Under the pieces are notes generated by a model that was not told the origin of the DNA, ran no database searches, and saw nothing but the letters and a program-made list of their open reading frames with translations. Shown in pieces: positions 49,149 to 60,883 of a DNA stretch of 64,000 nucleotides (the stretch's first letter is position 1; each line of letters starts with the position of its first letter). The DNA is from Oikopleura dioica (Eukaryota > Animalia > Chordata): positions 7,564,001-7,628,000 of the forward strand of contig OU015566.1 of NCBI GenBank assembly GCA_907165135.1, in the 5' to 3' direction. The position numbers and the translations under genes are program-made.

Positions 49149-50165
49149 CTTTCGACTCCTTACTTATGATTCATAAGTATGTCTTCACACAGCTTTGGTG
49201 CAGAAGCTACCCGTCCCCATTTATCCGAATACGATTTATACAAAATGCGAATAGCAAAGTTCATTCACCCTATTAATAATATTCACCTTGTTAGACGTTC
49301 ACCTTAATCTGCTAAAGCATTATTCTGTATAATCCTCATGTAGGATATTCACCCTAAAGATGCTCTCTCACTATTCTTCACACTGTCAAAAATTGTTTGT
49401 CAAAGAAATGTTCTTAAAACTTTGTGTCTTTATTGGCTCCAGAAAACTAAAATAAATCGACTTCAAGCGTCACCTATTTATCGGAAACCTATCCATCAGA
49501 TTAGCGATCATATCTCGGTTCATAGATTTTTTGAATAGATTCTTAGACCAGATCATGATCTCAATATATCATATTTGGGTGACGTAGAAAATGGAACGCA
49601 TAAAGATAAAAGATATGCGTATTGGTGCTAATTGCCTAGCAGTACTTCCCCTTCAGTGTTAAATAGCATTTCTTATAGTTGCCAAAAACCTACAACAGGT
49701 TACTTTTCTTTAACGGAACACTGTATTGTCGCTTAAATACTTATTCTTTCATGATTTTACGCACTATTTTCTAATATATTTACCTGGTATAGGCGCTTTC
49801 GTTGGTTGTTTAGCCTCGTATTTTTTGGAGTATGTTGGCTTTTTATTTGCTTAGAAGAGGAAAGCTGCTCTCTTATAGCCAATATTTATTGGGTTTTCCC
49901 ATAATTCCAGCACGGAATTCGGAGATGCGCCTATTCCAGATAAAAATTTAATACTATTTTTAACTCTCTATAGTTTCACATTGATCTTCTTATCTTCTTT
50001 AACTTCTCTGGATCCCATATTGTAGCGGGTTTCAGTGTTTTTATCGTTACATACTTCTTGAAAGTTCACATAAAAAACTTCAAAAGAAAAACTCTGTGCT
50101 AATACTATCCCTGGTGCTTTTTCGACCACAGAAAGCTTCTCTTCTATGATTTCAAAACTTTCAGC

Positions 50166-50735
50166 ATGGACGAGGCAGCGAAACGCGTCAACACTGTCCT
50201 CGATGAATATCAGAAGAAACGAGAGGACTTTGCCCTCGACGCCGCGATCAAGATCGGTGGCGGAGCAACTATCGGATTGACTTTTGGTATTTTGACCAAG
50301 AGACTCATCAAGATCCGACGTTCCGTTGTTGCTGGCAGCTTCATCGGACTTGGAATGGCGGTTGAGCGATATTCTCAACAACTTAGGTAGGAATCTTTGA
50401 AATCTGCTTGACATCGAAGGATCTTCATCTTCAAAACTTTTCTAGCGCTCCTTACGTTCTCCCTCCAACCTGTGATGTCACCCCTGCCGCTCGATTCTTC
50501 CCTGACAAGTTCGAATGCAGCCAGGCTAACAAACTCTGCGCTCTTCTTGGACTCGGTTCATCTGTTGTTGACGAAGTAAAGGTCAGTTCAAGAGAGTTTT
50601 CAGGACTGATGCTCACGAGTTATCCTCTTGCGACATTATTTTTCATTGCCTTGAGTCACAATACGAGGCCTTGGGATATTTTCAAACTCCGCGCGAAATT
50701 GAACCAGTCTCAGAGTTGAATAAATACAAAAAATA
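50166..50735 (+). CDS. MICOS10: MICOS subunit MIC10-like
   Basis: DAAIKIGGGATIGLTFGIL...GSFIGLGMA...APYVL matches the MIC10 glycine motifs. The 3' end is approximate. Confidence 0.75.
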
Positions 50736-50753
50736 AAGACAGAGAATCAAAAG

Positions 50754-51041
50754 ATGGGAAACTTCTGGGCTAAATCTGAACCCGTTGTTAAGGCTGAAGC
50801 TAACGAAGTCGCAAAAGAAGTCGATCAGGTTGCCGAAACCGTCGACACCGAAGCCAAGGTCGTCGAAGCCGTCGCCGAGGAAGTCGAAGCTGTCGCTGAA
50901 AAGGCTGAAGCTCTGCCCGTGGTTGAGCCTGTCGCTGAGAAGATCGAAGAAGCTGCCGAAAAGGTCGAAGAAGTTGCCCAGGAGGTGGAAGCTGTCGCTG
51001 AGAAGGTTGAGGAAGTCGCTCAAGAGGTTGAAAAAGAGTAG
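50754..51041 (+). CDS. Small acidic E/V/A-repeat protein with N-terminal MG (candidate myristoylation)
   Basis: Intronless 95-aa ORF MGNFWAKS... with AEKVEEVAQEVE-type repeats and strongly biased codons. Confidence 0.8.
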   Translation: MGNFWAKSEPVVKAEANEVAKEVDQVAETVDTEAKVVEAVAEEVEAVAEKAEALPVVEPVAEKIEEAAEKVEEVAQEVEAVAEKVEEVAQEVEKE

Positions 51042-51711
51042 GGATAAGAAATGATTCAGACTAACAGTAAGAATTTCTTATGCAAATTTTATCATTCAAA
51101 ATTCAACTTCAAGCACTAAAAAAACTACAAACTAAGCACGAACTCACGAGAACTCCACTTTTGTGACCTCGTATCGGCGGTACAAGATCATTAAAAGCTT
51201 CAATTTTATGCTGACTTTCAGGCTAAAACTTGAAAACAACCACTTATCACATAAACCAATCATTAACCATCCGTAACAATAAAATGATCCAAATCATACT
51301 TATCCCACTGCAAGCGACTGAGTAATAAAACCACTAGAAGAATTACTAGAATCAAGATAAAACCATCACCAAAACATCCTTCACTCCTCCTTCATCCCTC
51401 TTCTTTCGAGCGTCCATGATGGACAAGGACCATCCATATTCGAATTTCGAACCATGCATATTTATTTATTTCAGTAAAAAAGTTCAAGTTTTGCTTTTAC
51501 TGATAGTTCTATCCTGCTGAATTCCTGCAAGAGTTACTTAAAATTACGAAAAATACAATAATAAAAAGCAACATAATAAAACGCTTGTTTTTCAAAGTAT
51601 ATAAATTGAAATTTTCGAATTCTATATTTTGAAAGGAGGATTTTAAAAGACTTCAATTGACACTTGTTGATTGCTCAGCAAAGTAATAAATAGGAAGAAT
51701 GTGCAGTCTTC

Positions 51712-53045
51712 TTACAAGTTCTTAATGACAGCCTTGGTGAACTGTTCAGTGGTAGCGTAGCCGCCCATATCGAGTGTTCGGGTCTTCTTCAGCTAAAATG
51801 ATGGGTTATTTTCAATTCTAGCAGGTATTAATAAAATGTCTTGTAAATGGAGTGAGTAAACTGTACTCTTTGAGTAAAAATGAAATAAATTCATACCGAT
51901 TTTTGTTGCTAAAATAATCAAAAATAAAGAAGAACTGCAGGTAGAAAGAGAAACTTACCTTGATGGTTTTGTTGACAGCATTTCGGATTCTTGAGCCGTA
52001 CATGGAGAGGGACATATGGTCAAGCATGTTGGCGGAGGCAAGGAGAACAGCGGTAGGGTTGGCGATGTTCTTGAAGGCGGCGGCTCCAAAAGTGTGTCGA
52101 GCTCCGGATTCGAAGATGCAGTTCTGGGTCGAGTAGCATTCAGCTGGAATAATTATTGATGAGGGGTTTCTATAATGGTTCGCTTACCTGGAACAACACC
52201 AGCGCCACCAACGAGACCGGCAGCAAGGTTGTCAACGATGGCGCCGTACAAGTTAGGCATGACCATAACATCGAACTGGTGAGGGTTGGACACGAGCTGC
52301 ATGCAGGTGTTGTCAACGATCATGTCCTGGGACTCGATCATTGGGTACTGCTTGGCGACTTCTCGAAATCGTCGGAGGAAGAGACCGTCACCTTTCTTCA
52401 TGATGTTGGCCTTGTGGACGCAGGTGACCTTCTTTCGGCCGTGTCGGAGAGCGTAGTCGAAGGCGAACTAATTTGGTTTGATGGCGGTTGACTTTTCACA
52501 GTTTTACCTTGTGGATTCGGTCCGAGTTCTGTTCAGTGGTGATCTTGAGGGCCTCGACAACTCCCTGAATTGGCTCGTGCTCGAGGCACTTGTACTCTCC
52601 CTCGCTCTGTTCTCGGATGGCGACGATGTCAACATTGGAGAACTTCGACTGGAGACCTTCGATGGACTTGATCTTGGCGACAGCGCCGAAAACACCGAGA
52701 TCGTTTCGGAGCTGGAATGACATGGACTGCTGAAGACCAGCGGCTTGAGCGTTTTCGAGTGCTCCCATCAAGCAGACACCATTCTTGGAAATGGAAGCGA
52801 TCGCTTCTTCGTAAGCGCCTTCTTTAGTATTCACACCAGTGAGGCCGACTTCTTCGAATTGAACTGGAACAGTGGCGCTCTTGAAGACATCCTAAAAACG
52901 GAATAGAAACGTTGATTGGGAAAAAAGAAAGAACCTTGACGGAAGCCATCAATTCAGGACCGACTCCATCACCAGGGATGAGAGAGACAGTCTTGACAGC
53001 AGCCGACCTCGTGTTGGCAATGCTGACCAAACCTCGACGAAGCAT
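51712..53045 (-). CDS. IDH3B: NAD-dependent isocitrate dehydrogenase non-catalytic subunit (beta-like)
   Basis: [37 protein letters not shown] and [29 protein letters not shown]. Confidence 0.9.
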
Positions 53046-53199
53046 TTTCTGAACGAGGAATTTTCTGCATTTTAATAGAAAAAATGATGTTTTTCTTTTG
53101 TAAACGAATATTAAGAGAAAAGCGATAAAAAGCAGTAAGGATAACTTTAAATAACTGTAACTGACATAGAAGGCGTGGGGAACAAGCAAAATAGGGAGT

Positions 53200-53689
53200 T
53201 TAATGCTCGGTTTTCATTTTTTCTTTGGTTTCATGTTTTAATCGGTGATGGCGCGCAACGTACAGGAAAAAGTGAATTGTTTCGTTTTCGTCAGGAACTG
53301 GTGAATTTCTAAAACACGCTAGAGATACTTGAGTGAAAATACAGTTTACCGAAAGTGTTGGTTAATCCCGTGGATGAACTCTGCTCGATTCTTTGAAGTG
53401 ACTTGATCTTTTGAAAGATTCATCATTTATTAAAAAAAAAACAGAAAGTCTTACCTTCATAATTTGGATCTACAGAGCGTTTATATCTCTTCATCGTCGG
53501 CAGCGTCAGTTTGCCGAAATCAACAAGAAATTCGGAGTTTGCCTCTCGCTGACGCTTACTACGAGATTTTTTTGGCTTCGTTGTCTGTAAGAGAATGATA
53601 AAATAACGGCCTTTATTCTAGAGAGAAGATCTAATCATAAATTTCTTTGTCATTTTTTCCTGTTGTGGAGCATCTGAACCTGTTGTCAT
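53200..53689 (-). CDS. SAP30: SAP30/SAP30L-like Sin3-binding protein (short)
   Basis: VDFGKL.LPTMKRYKR...NRAEFIHGINQHFRNSPVPDENETIHFFLYVAR. Not shown in the ORF track. Confidence 0.75.
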
Positions 53690-53900
53690 TATGATACTTC
53701 TTTCTCTTGATGATTCTGTCTCACGACTGTAAGGTTAATCTCCCTGTAAGCGTGATTGGCTACGCAGCTCGGCCGCGATTTCTAAACAAATTCAAGAGAT
53801 GAAAGAAGGTTACTTTACTGATTCGAACACAAGATTTTAGAAATAATTTATTAGAACTGTGAAAATATGAATACATGGATAGATGCAGAAAAAAAAGGAT

Positions 53901-54871
53901 TTAGGATGAGCTTGAGGAGACGATGATATTTTCAGCCTGTTTCACAAGCGGCATGTCTATCATTTTGCCACGGAAGACAAATGCTCCTGTTCCGCTCTTT
54001 TCGTGTTCGGCGAATTGCTCTAGAAGTTCTGTCGCCCACTGGATTTTTTCTTCGGAGGGGGAAAAGACTCGTTGGACGGTCTCGATGTTTGCTGGGTGAA
54101 TGACTTGCTTGCCGGTAAATCCAAGATTTGCTCCTTGCCTCGAATTTTCTTCCAGACCTTGGAGATTCTTGAAGTCGATCCAGACCATGTCGATAGCTTG
54201 GATATTGAAAGCTTTCGCGTGAGCAACGAGTTTTTGTCGAGCGTACATTAGTTCTTCTCCATTTTGACTTCGATGAGCCCCTATAGAAGCGACGAAATCA
54301 TCGGAGCCAAAGACTGTAGCTTCGTGTTTGATGTATTGGCTGTCGAGGATCGCTTGGAATGAATCCTTCATGTTGAGGAGTCCTTGCGCTGTTTCGATAA
54401 ACGAAACTAACGGAACAGGAGCTTTGAGTTTCCATCGACATCTGCCAAGTGCCAGCGAATACGTTTCCACAAATTCCCTGACTTCTTCAGGTGAGTCGAC
54501 TTTGGGAAGCAAGAGACAGCTTGGCGCCGACTTTAGCTCGCGAAGAATGCGCAAATCCTCGGTTAATAAACCCGATGATACGGAATTGACCCGGATACCA
54601 AACTGAATGTTGGGCATATCAGAGCGAAGTCCTTCGTATGTTTTGGCAATGTTTTCCCTAGCTTGGGCTTTTGCTGATAGAGCGACACCATCTTCAAGAT
54701 CTTTGGAAGAAAAGTGAGCTAACTTGAATTTTGCGTTTCCTTACCGAGGGCGACAAAATCTGGGACGCCAGCCCCAGATAATTTTCGCAGCTTTTCAATC
54801 TTGCGCATGTCACTTCCTGGGGTGTAAAAGAGCGCTCGACGGGGCCAAACTCGACGAGCAACAACCGACAT
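53901..54871 (-). CDS. CLYBL: Citrate lyase beta-like (citramalyl-CoA lyase)
   Basis: PRRALFYTPGSD.RKIEK, LEDGVA, IRVNSVSSGL..EDL, LLLPKV, FGSDDF.ASIGA, GFTGKQVIHP and GKMIDMP. Confidence 0.95.
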
Positions 54872-55270
54872 TTTTAGAAAATCTTGAATTTTGTTTGAAA
54901 TCAGAGACGGTATTAATTGTTTCCAGTACGATTGCACAATCCAGAAAAGGGGAAAGGTAGGTAGTAGCGAGAGAGAAAGAGTTAGGGACCCAAAATTAGG
55001 GTAAAAAGCTTGCTCTTGAACAGTAAAGAGAGAGGAAATTATGAAATGATTTCTAACAGTAATTGTAGCTAAAGAACGCAAGTAGTCTCTGTATGCATTT
55101 TTGAATAATAAATGAATGATACTATTAGAGGAACACTTGGCAGACTCGAACGTAATGAGTTCCTAAAATGAAAAACAGAAAATGCCCAGCTCTATTTCAC
55201 TATATAGAGCTGATTATAAAAAGGATTCGGTTAAAAAGAATATCCTAGATTTTAATAGCACAAAGCTTGT

Positions 55271-56963
55271 TTACTTGTCCTTCTTTTTGTCACCATCATC
55301 ATCTTCATCGTCGTCTTCTTCTTCCTCCTCTTCTTCGTCATATGCGAACAGGGCACTCAGCTCGCCAGAGACAAGGGCAACTACAAAGGGGGCGCCAAGA
55401 CAGGCTGGAACTAGATAGAGCAGGGCAGGCTATAAAAGGAAAGAAGTACTTCGAAAGAAAGATAATTCTAGCGCTACCTGTGCGTGTTTCCACACATGCA
55501 TAACGTAGATAGTTGCGACCAAGCCAATAATGTAGGCGATAAAAGTAGTCAGGAAGTATTTTCTGCTGCCGGCTTTGATCTGAATCGACAGTAATAAAGA
55601 GTTGAGGAGAGAAGGAGACTTACGTTATCATCAAGTCGGAGCATAAGAGCGATCAGAATACCGGGAATGACGATGTCACCAAGACCAAGCATAGACAAAC
55701 GAGAGGAGCTGTCGAAAACGTCTTGAGGGAAGACAAGTTTGATGGGGGCATCGAATTTCTAAAAGAAAACCTCTGAATATGATTGCTGTCGAACCCGGTC
55801 GGCCTATTTATAGAGAGAGCGGGGAAATTACTGATTGGAAACTTTCAACTTGCAGGATTAGAACCTAGAACCTTGGTACTTTTCCAGCGGCATTTTGCAG
55901 CTTTCATCAGTAATTTTAAACAACAGGGAGTGTGTTGCACAATGACGTACCTTTGCGACAGTGACCATTACGTCAGTACCGAAGACCCAGAAGACGTCGT
56001 AGAAGAAGAGACCGCCGAGAAGCATGCAGCCAGTCTTGTAGTTGGGCAGTGAGAGAAGCTGGACACCCTGAACGAAGAGTAATTTGTATTCGTCATTTCT
56101 CCTGAGAGCATTTCTTTGGAAACCCTTGGAGAGGGTTTCCTTTTTTGGATTGTCAGACAAGTGTCTATTTTTACTTATAATGCGATCTATATTTACCTGG
56201 ATTGCGAAACAGAGACCAATGATGTTATTTGCCAGCCAGTGCTTATTGAAAAGGTAGCACGACGCAACAGCGGCTGCAAAAGCGAGAACAACGAGACCTA
56301 GAAAATATTGTAGCAAGGAGGTTTGAATACGGGTTCTGTTACTTCGTCGATTGAAGTCAAGGTCGAGCTGAGACTTCTTGTTCTCAGTAAACACGATTTT
56401 GTACTCGGCATCTTCGCAGAGTCCAGGGAAGAGGAATTTTAATTTGGGAGCAATCATTGGCTCAAGAATGGTAGTGACAGCGGCGATTCCTTTTGAAAAT
56501 GTTCAGAAGCATGAAATGAGAAAGATAATCCTACCGAGGAGGAAAAAGTAGCCAGTAACAACGTAGTACATCTTATCGGCAAAGTATTTGTAACAGACAT
56601 AAATTGAGAAAAGGGTGATTGAAGCCATGATCGGGAACTTGGCAGCATCTTTTGAAGATATGACTTCGATTTCGTCTAAAACCGATTGAACCTTAAAACA
56701 ACGAAATAAATCCTACCAAGATCTTTTCCTTCTTCCTTATCTTTGATACGCTTCTTTCTAGCTTCAAGAGCTCTGATCGATCCAAACCAGATTGGGATCA
56801 GCGCCATAACTATCCGCAAAAACATAAAACGTGAAGTATAAAGAAAGTAATCACCAGAAAGAGCAGCATAAGCGATCATAAGGGATTGAAATGGCACTGG
56901 GGTTGGCTCTGGAACTTCATCCTCGACAATCTCCTCGACAACTTGCTCTTCAACGTCCGCCAT
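55271..56963 (-). CDS. HM13: Signal peptide peptidase
   Basis: GLFFYDVFWVFGTDVMVTVAK, DAPIKLVFP, MLGLGDIVIPG and QPALLYLVP, with an acidic KKKDK tail. Confidence 0.95.
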
Positions 56964-57114
56964 TCTAAATGAATAAATGTCTTTTCTCTGAATCCGATTA
57001 TTCTAGTGGCTTGAACAAAAGCCTTAACTTATTTAATGTGAACGAAAATGTCTCGGACACTGTTTCAATAAAAACAATTATATGTCTTATTGTCTGTCAA
57101 ACGATCTGCAATCT

Positions 57115-60100
57115 TCAAGAGCCTTCTCCAGCCATAGCTTTTGCTTTTGCCTCCTTTTTCTTGTTTCTTTTTCTTTGTTGAAAATACGAAGTTAATTTCT
57201 TCGGTGAAATATTTCATCAACAACAGTTCCTATAATGTCTTTTCATTGAAGGATCAAATCCTCTTTCTTCCGATCCATAAACTGCCCAAGATGGCGTCTC
57301 TATCGAATAATCAAGTCCCGTAAATTTAGTTCCATTTTCTTTCCACTCATCATATAATTGTTGAAATCTAAAAAGAACCAGTCTGTAATGTCCGGTAATG
57401 CCACGTGTCCTTACCTGTGATAATCGATCCATGTCTTCCAGCCAGTTTCTGTTTTATACTTGTGGTTCGAAATAAGCACACAATTTGAATGCTCATGTTC
57501 GCAGGAAATCGAATAATCCGGCAAATGAGAGCACATTTGCTCGCAAAACTCTACCACCTCTTCGTGCCACGGCACATTTTTCATACTAAAAATAGATAAA
57601 TCGATAAAATATGAAAGCCATGTTTCGCCCTTACGTTAATTCAGCGTTATTTGATGTGCCACAGTAAGTGACCCCCTTGACTTCAATGAAATCCGGTTCT
57701 CCAAGTTTGACAAGCTCGGCATAATTGTCAGCATCGAAAAAGTTGAAGCCTCCCACAAGAGTCAGACGATAAACTGTCCTTCCGCAAATATCCTTTTGGG
57801 GAAAATCAAATCAACTTTTATAGTTCAATGAAATTCCTACCTTCATGTTATGGAGCGACTGTTGGAATCGCTCCCAAAAGTCCTTGTGGAGTGGTCTATC
57901 TATCGCCTTCAACTCTGCTTGTGTGGATGCATCGATCGATGTGTAAAACTGAGTCACGGGAGGCAATGTCTTTATTTCATCGGGAAACTGAATTATTTAA
58001 AGGTAACTATCAAGCTATCAGTGTATTCAAGAAAGCATTCAAACGGAGGGGGCTAAATATAAAAATAAAATTATATATATTAACCGCGTGGGACGAATTG
58101 TACATTCCAATGTAGTTTAAGACTTTGAAGAGCCCTAGTTCAAAAACTACTGATCGTATAGATCTGAAAATTGAAATGCGCCTTTGCACATCCTTAATCT
58201 TTCGCTCTTTAAAATTTCACCGAATTATCGCGCACCACCAGTGCTCTGCAGCGGATTAACTCTGACCTACTTCGCGCTGCGCTCCTTTTCTCACTCGTAA
58301 TTCAGGTCTCAATTGGGATTTTTTATTTTTTTCAAAGTGAAAATATAGGTTTTCGATACTGGAGATTTCGAATTTTGAATAATATTTACAAAAATTCAAT
58401 GCGAAATCAACTCAAACGGTCAAAACAAGAGCTACAAGTAATATGAGAATGAGGTTTGCAGACAGGAAAACGGAAATTTAAGTTGAAATTATGAAAGCCT
58501 GTATTCGATTTAGTATTGTCTGTAAATTTGGCGGGAATCGGATGAGCGAGTCGCGAGTTATTCAAGCTTTCGCTTAAACTACAATGGAATGTACAATTCG
58601 TCCCGCGCTCATACGCGCGGATTCGTCCCACGCGGTTAAGATCGTCATCAAATTAGACAACGATAAAGTTCATATCATTTTTAAGCTTTGAAGTAACCTA
58701 TTCTCTGTCAATTGATCTTTTATGATGATGTTGAAAAGGCGTCTGAACATTACCTGTGCGTTCGTAACAAGGTAAGACGACAAGCCATGTGAGTGAAGAT
58801 AGTCCAAGAATTCGGCGATTCTCGGGTACATAATTGGCTCACCAACTAGCGACAGCGCACAGTGAACGGGATTCATCGCTTCTACCATTTTCTCAGAAGT
58901 GACTCCTGGTACTCCTCTGAGTTGTTTGACCATTCCTCTGTGACCAGCGAGCATTCCATCGACCAGCATTTTCGGCTCGTCCGTCACCCATCGCCAGCTA
59001 GTTCCAACTGGGTTGGTATGATGCCGCCAGCAGAAGACGCATTTGTTGGCGCATGCGAGACTTGGCGTCGCTTCCATGCAACGATGTGACTCGATTCCGT
59101 AGAAGGAGTGTTTGTAGCAGCCTCCCCGACCCCGAAGTTGGGCTTTCGTCCATCTGCAAATTTTCACACCGGAATGGCTTCCAACGAGGTGGTAGCCCTG
59201 TTTCGACAGTGCACCACGAAGCTTATTTCGATTTGCGAAAATATATTAAAATTTGATAATGACGAGTTCTCTCTTTTCTATCGCATTCATATTCGAACTT
59301 TTTTTACTCAATTTAAATCGATTCCTTATCTGAGAGCATCTCTTTCGCCACGCGCGTTCTTCTAGGTCTCACTTGACTGCTCGTGGGCCTCACTACATTT
59401 GCTATATCTTCGAGATCCGGTACGTTTCCACTTTTGCAACTGTTTCCAGGAAGCTCCAAATCTTCATCGCTCTCCAGTGCCTCCTCATCAGAGCTCCCCG
59501 TTTCAACACCTTCGTCGACTGGCTCTTCGACGCAACCGTTTCCAATGGTTTCGTCAATGAGCTGACAAATGTCTTTGAAGTACGCATCTGGCTTTTCTTT
59601 TAAATTGTCGATTTCAAAGTGATTGGTTCGCAATCCGCCTAGCAGAGAAAACTGCCGGGCAATCGTACGAGCTGGCTCGCAGAAAACGTCGTCACCAAAG
59701 GTAGAATCCCCGAGGATAATTGGGATCATGCCCGCACACTTTTTCAGCTCACTTTGAAGAGTTTTACACGCGTTTATATATATTGCTTTTCTTAGCTTTC
59801 TTTTGTCTACCGTTCTTATGCACAAACGGTGAGATAAACCATATAAATCTAAAACTCTGCCTTTTCGAAAAACGCCAATCTGTAGCTGACTCACTAAAGA
59901 ACGACTTCAAATTGTCCACAAACTCATCATCGGGATACGATGCGCAAATGAAGACAAAGAGCGTGTTTCTACCCTTATCACAGAAAATCTCTTCCACTTG
60001 CTGAATGCTCATTTCTTGCGCATCAATTTTCACCATTTCCAATCCTTGATTGAACGCTGAAAGGTATTCCTTTACTTCATCAGTGAGTTTTTCTGCTGCA

Positions 60101-60534
60101 CCACTTCTGCTTGCGTACAAGAAGATAACTTTTTCAACGAGTTTTTCTTTGGGAGCTTTTCTCATCTTCCCCTTTCTGACAGTTTTCTTTGGAGCACTAG
60201 AACCGCCACAGCAGCTTCCAGTGCCGCAACCTCCAGATGATTCAGGAGCTTTTTCTGGCGTTTCATCTTGGCAGCAGGCTCCAGTGTTATCTGAACACGA
60301 CAAAGGCTGCTCATCTTGGCAACATGGAGTAGCTGGACCGGGGAATAAAGCTTGTGATTCCAGACGACTAAAATCTTAGTCTTGAAAAAGCTTCTCCAAA
60401 GAGCAAAAATATCACCCAAGAATATAAACTTACTTTCTCCTTTCTCGTAAATATACTGTAATGAAATATACTGCCGCTCCGAAAGCGACTCCAATACCAA
60501 GATTGAAGATCGCCTTGTCGACTCCCTTGCCCAT
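57115..60534 (-). CDS. TYW1: tRNA 4-demethylwyosine synthase (flavodoxin + radical SAM)
   Basis: N-terminal TM segment, flavodoxin (LYASRSGAAEK), GGCYKHSFYGIESHRCME.TPSLACANKCVFCWRH, HCALSLVGEPI and YGSEERGFDP. Confidence 0.96.
58084..58635. mobile_element. piggyBac-like MITE in a TYW1 intron (552 bp)
   Basis: TTAA TSD at 58080-58083 and 58636-58639. TIR CCGCGTGGGACGAAT plus a longer subterminal inverted repeat offset at the right end. Confidence 0.9.
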
Positions 60535-60883
60535 TCTGTATTCATAATTCAAGAAACATTGATTTTTCTGGCGTAAACGTTCGTTTTATTTGAACTAATG
60601 GAAATAATTGATTTCGTGTTTCGTATTCAGTTAAGGACCAATAATAATAAAAATAGTAATAAAATGGTAACAAGCAGCAGAAGCAATAATAATTAAAATT
60701 AGTAAGTTTTATTCATAAATTGAACCTTATGCGGAACTTTTTTAGTTTTTGTCAAAAAAGAAAAAGAGAGAATGAATTTTGAACAAAGTCTGAATCAGAC
60801 TTAAAAACTTGAGAACTTGGTGAACTAAGCAGACTAAAACGGCTTTGAAGTATTTCATTTCTTTTCAATTGAAATTGGTTATT

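Noticed and set aside
49968-50414. 148-aa minus-strand ORF
   Set aside because: Antisense to the MIC10-like gene.
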